Shown: positions 12,159 to 25,200 of the stretch, piece after piece
How positions within the stretch are numbered: position 1 is the stretch's first letter
Layout of the letters: each line of letters starts with the position of its first letter
Origin: Zancudomyces culisetae HAW-14-8
Taxonomy: Eukaryota > Fungi > Kickxellomycota
Direction of reading: 5' to 3'
Assembly: GCA_052426225.1 (NCBI GenBank)
Contig: JBNJNM010000006.1
Coordinates: forward strand, 2,858,670 to 2,922,669
DNA: 64,000 nucleotides
Translations under genes and position numbers: made by a program
The notes under the pieces: generated by a model
Database searches by the model: none
Seen by the model: the letters and a program-made list of their open reading frames with translations, nothing else
Told to the model about the DNA's origin: nothing

Positions 12159-15100
12159 ATGGAGGAAATTCAAGACAGTATTAGCCAGGTTGAACTCGTG
12201 AAAGCCTTAATGGCCCAAATCGCTACACTATCCAATCAGGTGGACGCCCTCCAGCGCCAACAACTCACCAACTCCAACACGCCAGCTCCAGAACCTCACG
12301 TTGCCCCGCCCGAAAAATTTTCAGGAACCAAGAAAGGAAGCATAAAGAATTTTATCTCTACCGTTAAAACGGTGTTCAGGTTGCAACCCTCAAGGTTTCC
12401 CACATCAGATTCCAAAGTATTGTATATTGGTACCCTTTTGACCGATAATGCACAGACGTGGTTTCGAACTATGGAAGAATCAAACCATCCAGCGCTCCTT
12501 GATAGCAATAATTTCTTTGCGTTACTCGAACACACTTACGGAGATCCTAACTCTACCTGGAAAGCCCAGATGAGACTGTCAAAAATGAGACAAGGGACTT
12601 CAAACTGCCTAACATACTCGACTCATTTTAAAAGTATTGCACTAGAAGCGGATTTCAATGAAGCAGCTCTAATCAAGTTATTCTATGACGGGCTCAACGA
12701 CGAGATAAAAGACACGCTCGCCACAATGGATCGAATCCCAGGAGATTTTGAGTTATACACCGCATTGTGCATCAGAATCGACAACCGAATAGCCCAAAGA
12801 AGAACCGAAAAACTCAGGAGAGAACCTTGGATTCCGAATAAATCCTTCTCAAGACGAGATACTGACAGTATGGACATCGACCTAATTGGAACCAAAAGAC
12901 TTACAGAATCAGAAAGAGACCACCGTAAGTACAACAAGTTATGTTTTTACTGTGCAAACCCCAATCACTCCCTGAAAGAGTGTCCTCGGAAGGCCAGACA
13001 ACTCAAGAAAATGTTCAAAAAGTCCATTGACCAGCCAGACTCTCCAATCCCAGAAAAGTTTAAGCCAAAAAAACAAATCGAATCTTCAGGAATGAGGGAA
13101 CTGAAGAACTACAATGCCTCAAATTTTATTAGTAGTTTATTTATAAAGAATAGTACCATAAAAAGTAGAAAATTAAATAATTCAAAAAACAAGTTTTTTA
13201 TTAATATTAGTTTAAACAATAATAAAGATATTCATACATATGCACTGATTGACTCAGGAGCATCAGGAAACTTCATGAATCTTGATTTTGCGATACATAA
13301 TAAAATCAAAATGATCAGGAAAACCCATCCTTGCAGATTATTATTAGCAGATAATAGTAATTCTAGAGAAGGATTAATCACACATGAAACAACGAGGTTA
13401 CCAATAATGATAAATAGTTTTCAGGAAAAAATCAGCTTCAACTTAGTTAAAAATCTCAGCAGCCCTATAATTCTCGGATTACCATGGTTACGTACAAACA
13501 ATCCACAAATCAATTGGGAGAACCTCACCCTAAAGTTAATAAGACCTGAACCGGTAGAGGAAATCAATAAAGCAACCTGTACACCCGAACCTGAATTAAT
13601 CCTACCCTCTAAGTACAAGGACTATCGTGATGTTTTTTCAAAGAAAAACTCGGACACACTACCGGAACTAAGACCCTATGATTGCGAAATTCCACTCCAA
13701 GATAAAGATAAAATACCACCGTTCAAACCAATCTACAACCTATCTGGACCAGAACTAAAAGCTCTTGAAGAATACATCAAAGAAAACCTACAAAAGGGTT
13801 TTATCAGACCAAGCAAATCACCTGCAGGTGCACCAATATTTTTTGTGAACAAGAAAGATGGAGGGCTAAGACCGAGTGTGGACTACCGTGAACTCAATGA
13901 AATCACAGTCAAAAACAGATATCCGCTTCCACTTATCACAGAACTTCTAGATCGCTTATCATCAGCTAGAATATTCACCAAGATCGATCTCAGGGGAGCC
14001 TACAATCTTGTTAGAATGAAGCCAGGTGAGGAATGGAAAACAGCATTCAGGTCTAGATACGGTCACTTTGAATACTTAGTAATGCCTTTCGGTCTTACTA
14101 ATGCTCCTGCGATATTCCAACACATGATGAACGACATTTTTCGTGACATGCTTGATATCTCGGTGATAATTTATCTTGATGATATTTTAATCTTCTCACC
14201 AGATCAAGATACCCATACAAAACATGTCAAAGACGTACTAGTTCGGCTCCGGCAGCATGGACTATACGCCAAACTCGAGAAAAGTCTATTTGATCAGAAA
14301 TCGGTCGAATTCTTAGGCTTTGTCGTATCTGATAAAGGAATATCTATGAGCAAAGACAAAGTAATCAGTATCCTAGATTGGGAGACGCCAAAGAATGTAA
14401 AAGATGTCATGAGTTTTCTAGGATTTGCAAACTTTTACAGAAGATTTATCAGGGACTACTCCAAAGTAGCAAAACCACTTACTAATCTCACCAAAAAGGA
14501 CATCAAATTTGAATGGTCAGGAGAATGCAATACCGCTTTCAAAACCCTAAAGAACCTGATAACATCAGCTCCAATACTACATCATGTCGATCCCAATCTA
14601 CCGTTCACTCTAGAGACCGACGCTTCAGATTTTGCAATCGGAGCAGTTCTGACACAACCAGATCCAACATCCAACGACAAACAACATCCTGTAGCATTTT
14701 ACTCCAGAAAGCTGGTAGACGCAGAAGTGAACTACGACGTTCATGACAAAGAACTTTTAACCATTGTTGACTCACTCAAGCATTGGAGACACTACCTATC
14801 AGGCGCAATTCACCCTATATCCATTTATTCCAATCATCGGAACCTAACCTTTTTCAAGTCCAAACGGATTCTCAAGCAAAGACATGCCAGATGGGCTGGT
14901 ACCCTATCTGAGTATGACTTCAAACTTTGCTACAGACCAGGAGCTTTAAACCCTGTAGCAGATGCCTTGAGTCGGAGGACCGACTTGCTTCCTAAGGAGG
15001 GGGAACCCTACGCAAACCCACAAAAGTTTGAATCCACACTTCTCCCGCACAAATTATGGATAAATCAGGTCCAAATTCAAAACGCCTGGATCAGAGAAAT

Positions 15101-16442
15101 CAAGTCAGAATCAGAGGAACTGGAAATTCTAAAGATCAGACATGATGCAGTTACCGCTGGACATCCAGGACAGTTCAAGACATATAATCTAATTGCCAAA
15201 GACTTCTACTGGAAAGGAATGAGACAGTATATCAACAACTACATCAAAGGATGTGATACCTGTCAAAGAACTAAGCACTCCAGACACAAGCCTTATGGAC
15301 TACTCACCCCGTTACCAATTCCAGAACGCCCATGGCAATTTACATCCATTGACTTTATAGTCAAACTCCCACGCTCAAATAACTTTGACTCCATCTTAGT
15401 TGTCGTCTGTAGACTAACTAAACAAGCACACTTCATTGCTTGCAATGAATCCATAGATGCCGCAAAGACTGCCAAGCTATATTTAGACAACATCTTTAAA
15501 CATCACGGACTCCCAGAAGAGATAACCTCAGACAGAGGGCCACAGTTCAGATCCGCATTCTGGCAATCATTGACAAAAATATTAGGAATCAAATCTAATC
15601 TTACTACAGCATACCACCCAGAAGCAAATGGTCAGGTTGAACGCGTAAATCAAACACTTGAACAGTATCTAAGATGTTACACAACTTATAATCAGGACAA
15701 TTGGGCTGAACTACTACCACTTGCAGAGTTTGCCTATAACAACTCAACAAACAATAGCACCAAGCATACTCCATTTTATGCTAACTCAGGCTACCATCCA
15801 AAAGCAGATCTTTTGAAGCTAAACAACTTCAGCACAAATGTACCTTCGTTGGAACAGAGACTAAGTACAATCAAGAAAATTCAGTAAACAATCAAGGATA
15901 ACCTAAAAAACGCGCAGGACGCCGCCAAGAAATATTCAAACACGAAACGTAAAGATCAGGAATTCAAGGTTGACGACATTGTATGGTTACTCAGGAAAAA
16001 CATCAAAACCACAAGACCATCAAGCAAACTGGACTACCAAAGGCTAGGGCCTTTCAGGATATCCGATAAGATTAATCAGGTAGCATACAAACTAGATCTT
16101 CCAGACACTATGAAATCTCATAATGTATACCATGTCTCCCTATTGGAAAGATACTACAAGCCGACCATACCAGGACAGACACAAAGACCGCCAGAACCAA
16201 TCATTGTTGATGATAATGAAGAATGGGAAGTAGATCAGATCCTAGACAGAAAAATCAAAGGAAAAACCAAGTATTACCTTATCAAGTGGAAAGGTTTCAA
16301 TGATAACGACAACACATGGGAACCAGAAGAAAACCTAGTAAACAGTCAGGAGTTATTAAACGATTATGAAGACAGTCAGAAACAAACTCATCTCGCAGAG
16401 CTCGATCTTAAAGAGGAGGATGATGTTATGAATAGAACGTAG
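12159..16442 (+). pseudogene. Single-ORF Gag-Pol of B with one in-frame TAA at 15885-15887, upstream of the GPF/chromodomain region
   Basis: ORF 12159-15887 has gag, CCHC, LIDSGAS, YLDD, RH and IN core. The same frame continues into 16110-16442 (EEWEVDQILD...YLIKWKG). Confidence 0.9.
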
Positions 16443-18106
16443 TTCTATAATTTATTTTTAATTAATTTTATTTCTCTTTAGTTTAATAAAGTTAATATTT
16501 TTCTTAAATCAAGTTCATTAAATAAAATATATCTAGTTCTAACACCTTCTATTTGTTTTTTAACTTTTTTTAGCTGTTTATCTCCGTGTCTGTCCATCTG
16601 TCTGGCAAATGGGAGTGCATCCCATGATACCATTTTATGCTTGTTTCTAAAGCCGCGTTTTCGCCAATGTGCATTATAAATAATTTGTTTTTGAATTTGT
16701 CCAATATACTTTTTAATAATTCGGGAATGTTATTATCTTCAATTGATTGATCGATTAATTAATATTAAAAGTCCAGACATCTCCAACTTATCTAATTTTA
16801 AGTATTAGTTTAATGTGTTTCTACTCGATACGAATCTGTTAATTGTGCGCCATTGTAAAGTTGAAATTTATATATATTAGCATTTTCTTCATACCAACAC
16901 TTGTTCTATAATCGAAATGAATCTTATGTTCTATCCAGAAATCAATCCCTATTAACATTCCACATTTAACCCTTCAATAATTATTAACTTAACTTGTCTT
17001 ATTCTTCGCCAAATGTGATTTCAATATTGACCATTTTATCGCATGTAGTTATAACACCGTTTGCCATTCTTGCCTTGACAGGTGTTGAAAGTTCTTCAAT
17101 TAATCCGAGTTTTTTTGATAACTCATTTGAAATAAAACTTGTTGCGCCGGAGTCTAATAGAATTTTTACTCCAATATTGTTTATAATGCCATTACTCATC
17201 GGTATATTATCCGTGTTCTGGTTGCCGACATCGTACATATTTTAAAATATTTCTTCGAAATTGACCATTTTTTGATCCTCATCGACTGGTAATCTCAGAT
17301 TCGCCGTTTTTCGAGCAGTTAATTCACTCGTCCATTGTTTTCGTATTCCTTGTCAGCCCAGTTGTAGTCTGTACTGTCGTCTATACTCGATTGGCTTGTT
17401 GATGAATCGCTTTCAATATCGACTAATTTGTTTTCTGTTTTTCGCCACTCTAGGTTTCTGGAGTTACTAGCTATATTCTGTTGTATAACATTATAATTAG
17501 CTTATTATTTTTAACTTTAGATTATTTTATATTTCTTCAGTTTAATTGTATTAGTTTTATGACTATATCTTTTCACTTTTTATTGAATTATCGTCATTAT
17601 TGTTTAAAAATGTATTATCTTTAAACTACGATATTTTATGCATTGTAAATTCTATCGGCTTTTAAATGGTCATTAGTATTAATTTTCATTTAAAATGGCC
17701 TTATAGTTATGAATTGCCTTTATCCGTTTCAATTCAATCACGTCTTTATCATTTTCATCAAATAGCTTTTATAACCATTGTCGGAAAGCGTACTACAATT
17801 TTTTTGGGTGCATAAGATTATAAGTTCCTTTTCAATCCAAAGAATGGAACCTTAGGCTTTTGATAACAGATGTTAGCTATAGGACTTCTTCCACACTTGA
17901 AACATAATTTTTTTGATGGAAAGAATTTTTTTCCTTCATCAGTATTTGTGTCTACTGGTATTCGCTCGCCAGCAACTACTATATATACTATGTTAATTTG
18001 CTTGTGACCTTTGTTCCGTTTTAACATATTTAGGTTTTATTTGTCTCAATAGATTAAAATTTGAGTGAATCTACATCATTATAACATATATGTAAACTTC
18101 ACCTAC

Positions 18107-18696
18107 TGTTATAACTATATTTATTATATTACGTATAAGAACTTGAATTAGAATAATATTAACTTCATTAAACTAAAGAGAATATTTTTCACTGGCGATT
18201 TCCACAACGAATTCATAAATTTTACATACTTTTCCTTCAGATATAATTTCATTTAACAATCAAAGGTCGCAAGACTTTGTATATCAAAGAAAAATTATTG
18301 TCTTACTTCGATAAACATTCAAGGAGTTTGACCTTTGGTAAGTTTCATGATTTTCAATGTTGAGGTTAGTTTCATCATTGAGTTGTTTTGATTTATGTAA
18401 AATAATAACAGTTACTTGAAAATTGAATTGGTTATATATTATTATTTGATATCCTAAATCAATATGTAATTATACGAAATGGGAAATTCATCAAATTGAA
18501 TTAATTTACAGAATTAGAATTAAAATTAAAAAGACAAAATTTATAAAACATAATTCTTTCACATATCAACTGAGACTTTGTTTAATATATTATGTAAATT
18601 TAGATTTTATTTAAAATTGTTACTATCAAGATTAAAATTCAAATATCAATTGATATAATTTTTAATTTTTAACGATATTAAATTAACTCTATAACA
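18107..18696. repeat. Solo LTR-like repeat (family I, copy 2)
   Basis: TGTTATA...TATAACA termini; homologous to 2715-2970; no TSD found. Confidence 0.55.
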
Positions 18697-19399
18697 ATTC
18701 ACAATTAAATAATTAATTAAGAATATCACAAAAATATAATCGAATGTAATACCAAAACCACTGACAAGAAAGTTGTTTATCATGCAACATCTAATGATAA
18801 TTATTTATAGCTATTAGCAGTTTATAATAAATGATTGATCAAATCATTAATCGATAAATGAGAATTTTAAAGATAATTAATTGTTTTAAGATGTACAAAA
18901 CAAGCTATTTAATTTGAATTTATAATATTAATTCAAAATTAATGATACTAGACAATATTAGAAATAGTTTATGGTTAGTTCAAATGTATTTATAATATAT
19001 TTGTCTTAACCATATAATAGATATATATATTAGACCGTTATTACATTTATAATCTATTGTAAAATTATATTTTTAATTACTATAATAATTGTAATTAACA
19101 TTTGTGGGATAATATTAAACATTAATAAATATAATATAACTTAATAATTTTAAAAATATATAATGTCAATTACAATTTGAAATCAAATCAGGTATAAAAT
19201 ATTTCAATTCAAGTTTCTAACTATTAATAATTATAAAAACCCTATTATATCCTTAAAATAAATATTCCTCATCTGAAAACAATAGCCACATATAAATAAT
19301 CATGTATAAATTAATTATTTCACAGCCAGTCTTGACATTAAGAATGAAATCTAATAAAATCACAAATACTAGTTTTGTTCATATGTAAAATAGTACCGA

Positions 19400-22262
19400 T
19401 TGATTCAGACATTTGATATTAGGGTCAATACTTATCTAATAGTGTGCGTACAGGCACTACAACAATGAAAGTTTTTACTGAAAATCATAGACCCATTTTC
19501 GCATTTCATGTTCAATATAATTTGCTAATTAAGATCTCAACGACGGATAGGGCAAACTTAATAACTAACTAGATTTGTATTAATATGGTTATTAAAAGCA
19601 AACGATTAAAATAGTATTATAGCATAAGAGAGAAAATTAAACAACAATTATGTGCAAAAAATACAGATATTATTCAAAAATGAAAAATATAAATTCGTAA
19701 AGATACGCTTCATGAAGCGTGTATTTAAAAAAATTCTTGTAACCAGACATGTGGAATTAAATGCATCGCAAAGTGAAACTTTCTTATATTTTATTTATAT
19801 AATGCTAACGAATTAAAGATATACTAAATAAATTATGATACTGGAAATCGCATTAAGGTCAAATAAATCACTCAAGGACATCTTCAAAGATACGTTTACC
19901 TATACACAGTTGTTGATGATATTTAACGAGGATCAGTCAATAATATTATTACAGTCGATGAGATTGTGGATAAGCAATTAAAAAAAGCTGAAGACAGAAA
20001 AATTATTAGAGTCAATCACGAATGAATAAGTTCTACATTTGCCATAGCGGATACCATAAAAAATATGACTGCCCCAAATGAAGGCGACTGTCATGATCCA
20101 TTCATGACATTATTGATATTTTTTAGTATTTATTTAATAATAGCAAATGTTAAAATTATTAACGTTATCTCCGCTTTAATTCTTACTCCATAATTAATAA
20201 TTTATGGAGTAAGAATTAAATTTATTAATAATTTGGTTTTACCCCATATTATTAAATGTTAACTGTGGAGTTGACAGTTAATATTATTTAGTTTATGTTA
20301 TAGTTTAATTATAGTTTTTATAATGTTTTACAATTAATTTTGTATATTGTAAAACTATATAAGGACAAGGATTTTATTGCTTTAGGAAACTTTAGCAATA
20401 AAATACTTTTCATCTCATAGTATTTTATTAAATAAATCATAGCCAAGTAAACATATAGTACTTAGTGTCAAGTCGTGACAGCGACTCAACAGCAGCCGGA
20501 CTGCTCAACTGTAAAGAATTATCAAATTAATCTGCTTGACATTGTAGCTGAAGGATTATTAATCTATGGAAATTATTGCACTTGAAAAGCGGGAGTTAAC
20601 CAATATCTCAGAAAGAAATTCAAATATGCGAGTTGGTAAGCCAAGGTTAGATGAAAACGAAACCGAAGTACGTCGAGCTGACAATACCACAACAGCGTCA
20701 CAAATTCCAAACTGTTATAACAGACATGTAACCAAGTCGAAACTTTAAAAACTAAAAACTTTTCTTTAGTTGAAGAATTAGTAAAAATGTACCCTAATAT
20801 ATATTATTGCAGTTACTAGTGGATTTTCCAAAGCAAACAAAAGAATTACTTACACTACAAATATAGAAGATATTCGAGATGTTAATATAATAAATACACC
20901 GGAAAAGAAAGTTACCAACTGTAAGGTACTAACCAAAATCTTTAATAGACATTTGTGGTCTGTTATCGATACCGGTGCAGCGTGTTCAGTTATAACTGTT
21001 AGTTTGCTGGTAGAATTGGGATTACTGGTCCAGGAGCAAACCAGTCAAAATGGTAGTGACGGCGGACGGGAAAAAGCATCCCACATTAGGAAAAGTTTAC
21101 GGAGTCCCGCTCAAAATCTCAACAATAGAATTCCCTACTGACCTTGTAGTTATGGACAGAAATGATGACACTCGCATCTTGGGGACTGACTGGATGCTCA
21201 GACATCATATAATTCTGAATATAAAGCTCAGGAGATGCGGATACCTATAGAACAAGCAGAAGTTTCTACAAAAAGTTTAACAACTAGTATCAAGTCACTA
21301 TACGAAGATGAAGCAGAAAATTGCCTTGTGAAAAGATCCACCTAACTTAATAGGGGTGACTGAAAATCCAATATTTAACGAGGTACTTGAATAGTTTTAA
21401 GACATATTTGTAAACGACATTACCCAGCTAACTAGTACTGACGTGGCCGAGCACATGATCGATTTAATTGAAGAGAAGCCAATAAAACAAATGCAGTGTC
21501 ACATTTCGCATAGGATGCCATTGAATGTTAGATTGGAGCTAACAGAAATTTAAAAGTGGGTATTATATCGCCTTGTGTATCAGAATGGTATTCTCTTATT
21601 GATATGTTTATAAAAAGAATGATAAGTTGAGGATATGAGTTGAATATAGAAATATTAATCAAATATCTAGAATAGATACGTACCCCTTACATGTAATTGA
21701 CAGATTAGAATATAGAATGAAGACATAAACAAAACCGCATTTTCTATCCCTGGTTGCGGAAGTTACCAATTTAATGTTATGCCATTCGGCCTAACAATTA
21801 GTCCCGCTACTTTTCAGCGTACCATGGAATCTGTTCTAGCCCCAGTTCTCTGGATAACGGCTATAATTTTTGTGGATGATATTTTAATCCATTTTAAATA
21901 GTTGCGGAACATTTTAAACATTGGAAGAAGTATTTAAACTATTGAAGATTAATAAAATACAATTACACAGTGACAAGTGTAATATAGGATTTGATACATT
22001 GGATTAACTGGGCCAAACAGTATTTAGTGAGGGAATAGGCACCAATAAAAGTAAGCTAGAAGCAATTGAGAAATTAAAGCAGCCAACCAATGTAAAGGAA
22101 CTTTATCATTTCTGGGTATGATAGGTTATTATAAAATTATGTAAAAAACTACTCAGTTATAGCAAGACCACTTACATCACTGCTAAAAAAAGACAGTACA
22201 TGGAACTGGAGAGACAAGCAAGAAACAGCGGTTCGTGAGCTAAAAATCAGACTTGTAACAAC
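19400..22262 (+). pseudogene. Decayed Gypsy relic M1 (gag remnant, PR, RT)
   Basis: VIDTGAA at 20953; ILGTDWM; VMPFGLT..PATFQR; FVDD. Paralog at 38200-40016. Confidence 0.7.
20089..20480. mobile_element. Solo LTR K1 (392 bp), TSD GCGAC
   Basis: TGTCATGA...CGTGACA; GCGAC on both sides; homologous to 55775-56165 and 61353-61746. Confidence 0.9.
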
Positions 22263-25200
22263 AGTTGTTTGTGGCTCTGTTTAATGGTGTTAGTTTTAAT
22301 ATCATTTATTAAATAAATATATTATTATCTCTCTGTTTCAGTTAACTCCAATACTAAATTTTTTTGAATATAATAGTATATCTTATCTCCTAATAAAAAT
22401 AATCATATTATATATAATATTAAATATAAGTTATGACTTCATAAAAACTCCGAGTCGCCTCGTACAAAAACTTCCATCAATACCTAATGATAATGTTAAA
22501 CTAACTTTAAAAGAAATAAAAATGTAGATGAAACAGGGGCAAAGCTGGATTATAAAATTATATCCACTCTCCCCTCCTGAATGTCTCTTGAAGTTAAATC
22601 TGATTTTTTCAGTTCGTATTTCAAAATTCTTATAGCATGGTATACTTCTACTTTCCCTGCTTCATTTTCCACAGAGTATAAGTAATGTGCTAAAACAGAT
22701 TTTATTCTCCCGGGACCAGTATATCGAGGTAACTATTTGTTGTGTGGTTGCTTTTTTCTAATTCTTCCGTTCAATATAAGTACTAGATCTCCAACATCAT
22801 AAGTAGTACAATTCTTCGACGGCACTGCAGTATTAACCGTCTCCAACCTTTCTCCTCTGACTCCACTCAGTTCATCTACTCGAACTTCGTTCGACGTTAG
22901 GAATATTTCCCATCCTATTGTCTTTGGTGGTATACCGTATAATAATTCATAATGCGTTTTTCCTGTCGAGCGATTTCGTGAGCTACGGAGCCCCAATAGA
23001 ATCGCAAGTAAATAATCTTCCCAGGTATTATAGATACCATCACAAATTGTTGCAAGCCCGTAACGGATTCTACTATTACTTCGTTCTACAAGTCCCATCC
23101 ACTCCGGTTGATACGGTACGTTAAAATAAAGACTAATGTTATAAGTATCACATAAACGATTAACTTTTTCATTTTAAAAACTCGTAGCAAAATCTATTCG
23201 CAACACAGACGGTACTCCAAACATGGATATTATATTCTTGATGATATGGCTAGTCATCATTCCTGTCGTATCCGGGGTAGGAAAAGCTACGGGGAGTCAA
23301 CTTAGCCTCTCGACTCCTACAAAGATATACCGATTCCCACTTTTCGATATTGGAAAAGGTCCAAGATGATCCAAGTCCGACTGATCGAATATTCCCGAAG
23401 TGGCCATCCTTCCATTAATACAAAGTTGGGTTTCTTCAAACTGTAAGTTTTAAATTGGTGACATGAATATATAAACGCTCTCAGGGTTTTGAACATCTCG
23501 GAGAACCAGAATCGTTCGCGTATCCACTCCCATATCGGTGCGGCGGATAAGTGTCCTAACTTGACATGCAGCGTCTGAATTATCTTAAGAGCATTTTCCT
23601 TTCTTTTTACTACCTCTATAAATCTTCTTTTAGTTTTCCTATAGAGTAGGTTTTTTAAGATAGTAAAATCATTAATTAAAGACGCGACATATTGTTCAGT
23701 ATAAATAATTTTAAAAGAAATCAACATATCCACTATTGCATTCTTTACGTCATTTGCTAAGTCCGCAATCTTATTCTTTATTAAAACGAACATTGGTCTA
23801 CTTAAATAGTCGGCTACAATGTTATCCTTTCATTATCTATGGTGTAAATAAAATTATATATATTTAACATATTTAACCACTAAGCCACTCTATTCAAAGG
23901 TTCCTTTCGAGTTGGAACATATTTTGCTGCTGAATTAAACGTATATATTATCAATGGTTTTGGAATCAGAAAATGACGAAAATGTTTTATGCTTAATATG
24001 ATTGCGTAAAATTCTCGCTCGTACGCTGAATATCGGCTTTCTGATTCGGTAAGTCGTCTAGAATTTATGCCACTAGTCTCCTATTCCCGCTGAACTCATT
24101 TTCTAGAACGGCACTAACCGCTATCGACGATGCATCTGTCAAAAGTATAAACTCCCTTTCTTGGTCCGGTTGCGCGCGTACTGCGTTTGTTGACAAGATA
24201 TATTTTACTTTCTCTACTGCGGTTGTGCAATCTTTCTTCCAGTTGTATCTTTTCCCATGCTTTATCAAATCTTGTACTGGCTTAAGTATTGTAGTGTAAT
24301 TATCTATAAATTAACGAAAATAGTTAATTAAGCCTAGAATCAATTGTACCTGTTTGATGTTCTTTGGGTTAGTCTATATATCCAATCTATTTATTATTTC
24401 CGCGTATAGTTTGATACCTACAGGAGTAATTATGTGCCCTAAATATATATAAGTGCCTGTTCCAAATTTGCACTTTGTTAAATTTAGAGTGACGTTATTT
24501 TCACTCAGAGTTCTAATACTAGTTTTAAATGACCAAATAGTTCTTCCAAGTTAATTGAAAACATTGAATTATTGTCCAAGTACACTACTAAAAATTGAAT
24601 CATAAATGGCGATAAAATTCTTTTCATATTCTTGCTAAAATGTGCTAAGGCGTTCGATAAGCCAGAAGGCAATATAAAAAACTCGAATAATTCCCATGGG
24701 CTGATAAATGTCGTTATCGGACCTGCATTTTTGGCGAGCTTACACTGCCAATATCCTGAGTTAAGGTCATGAGTAGAAAATACTTTACCTCTCGTAAGCG
24801 AATTTAAGCATTCGTCGATACGAGCAATTGGAAAACGGTCTTTTACAGTTATCTCGTTAACCCTTCGATAGTCGACGCAGAATCTTGCCGTTCCGTCTGT
24901 CTTTTTTGCTAACACAATTGCCGATACCCAGTTTGAAAACGAATCTTTTATTACACCCATTTCTTTCATTTCCGGTATTTGTCTGCCTAGTTCGTTTCGT
25001 TTGTACTCCAAATATCATCGTAATCTCGTTGCTACTGGCCCTTTCCTTTGTTCTATTTTGATGTCAATCTCTGCGTTTGATATTGTGGTTTTTCCTACTT
25101 TATTTTCAATAATGTCTGTAAATGAATTTACAACTTCTAAAATCTCTGGGGCAATATCTGGTGAAGATCGAATCGCTGCTCCTTGGTTTTGTTAAGTTCG

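Larger units (their letters stand above)
6405..16544 (+). mobile_element. Chromovirus-type Ty3/Gypsy element B with 121-bp LTRs and TSD CCTTC; contains A1
   Basis: 5' LTR 6405-6522 plus 12127-12129; 3' LTR 16424-16544 identical by eye; TSD 6400-6404 and 16545-16549; PPT AAAGAGGAGGATGA before the 3' LTR. Confidence 0.93.
5200..18030 (-). mobile_element. Old Ty3/Gypsy relic C (gag knuckle, PR, RT, RH), split by element B (host parts ~5200-6404 and 16550-18030)
   Basis: RT ORF 6108-6383 (RMCVDYR, DRYPLP, LDL..GYHQI), protease LLDSGAT at 16999-17238, C-x2-C remnant at 17818-18027. The reading frame joins across the CCTTC TSD (KKQIEGVVK*GMIRPS). Confidence 0.75.
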
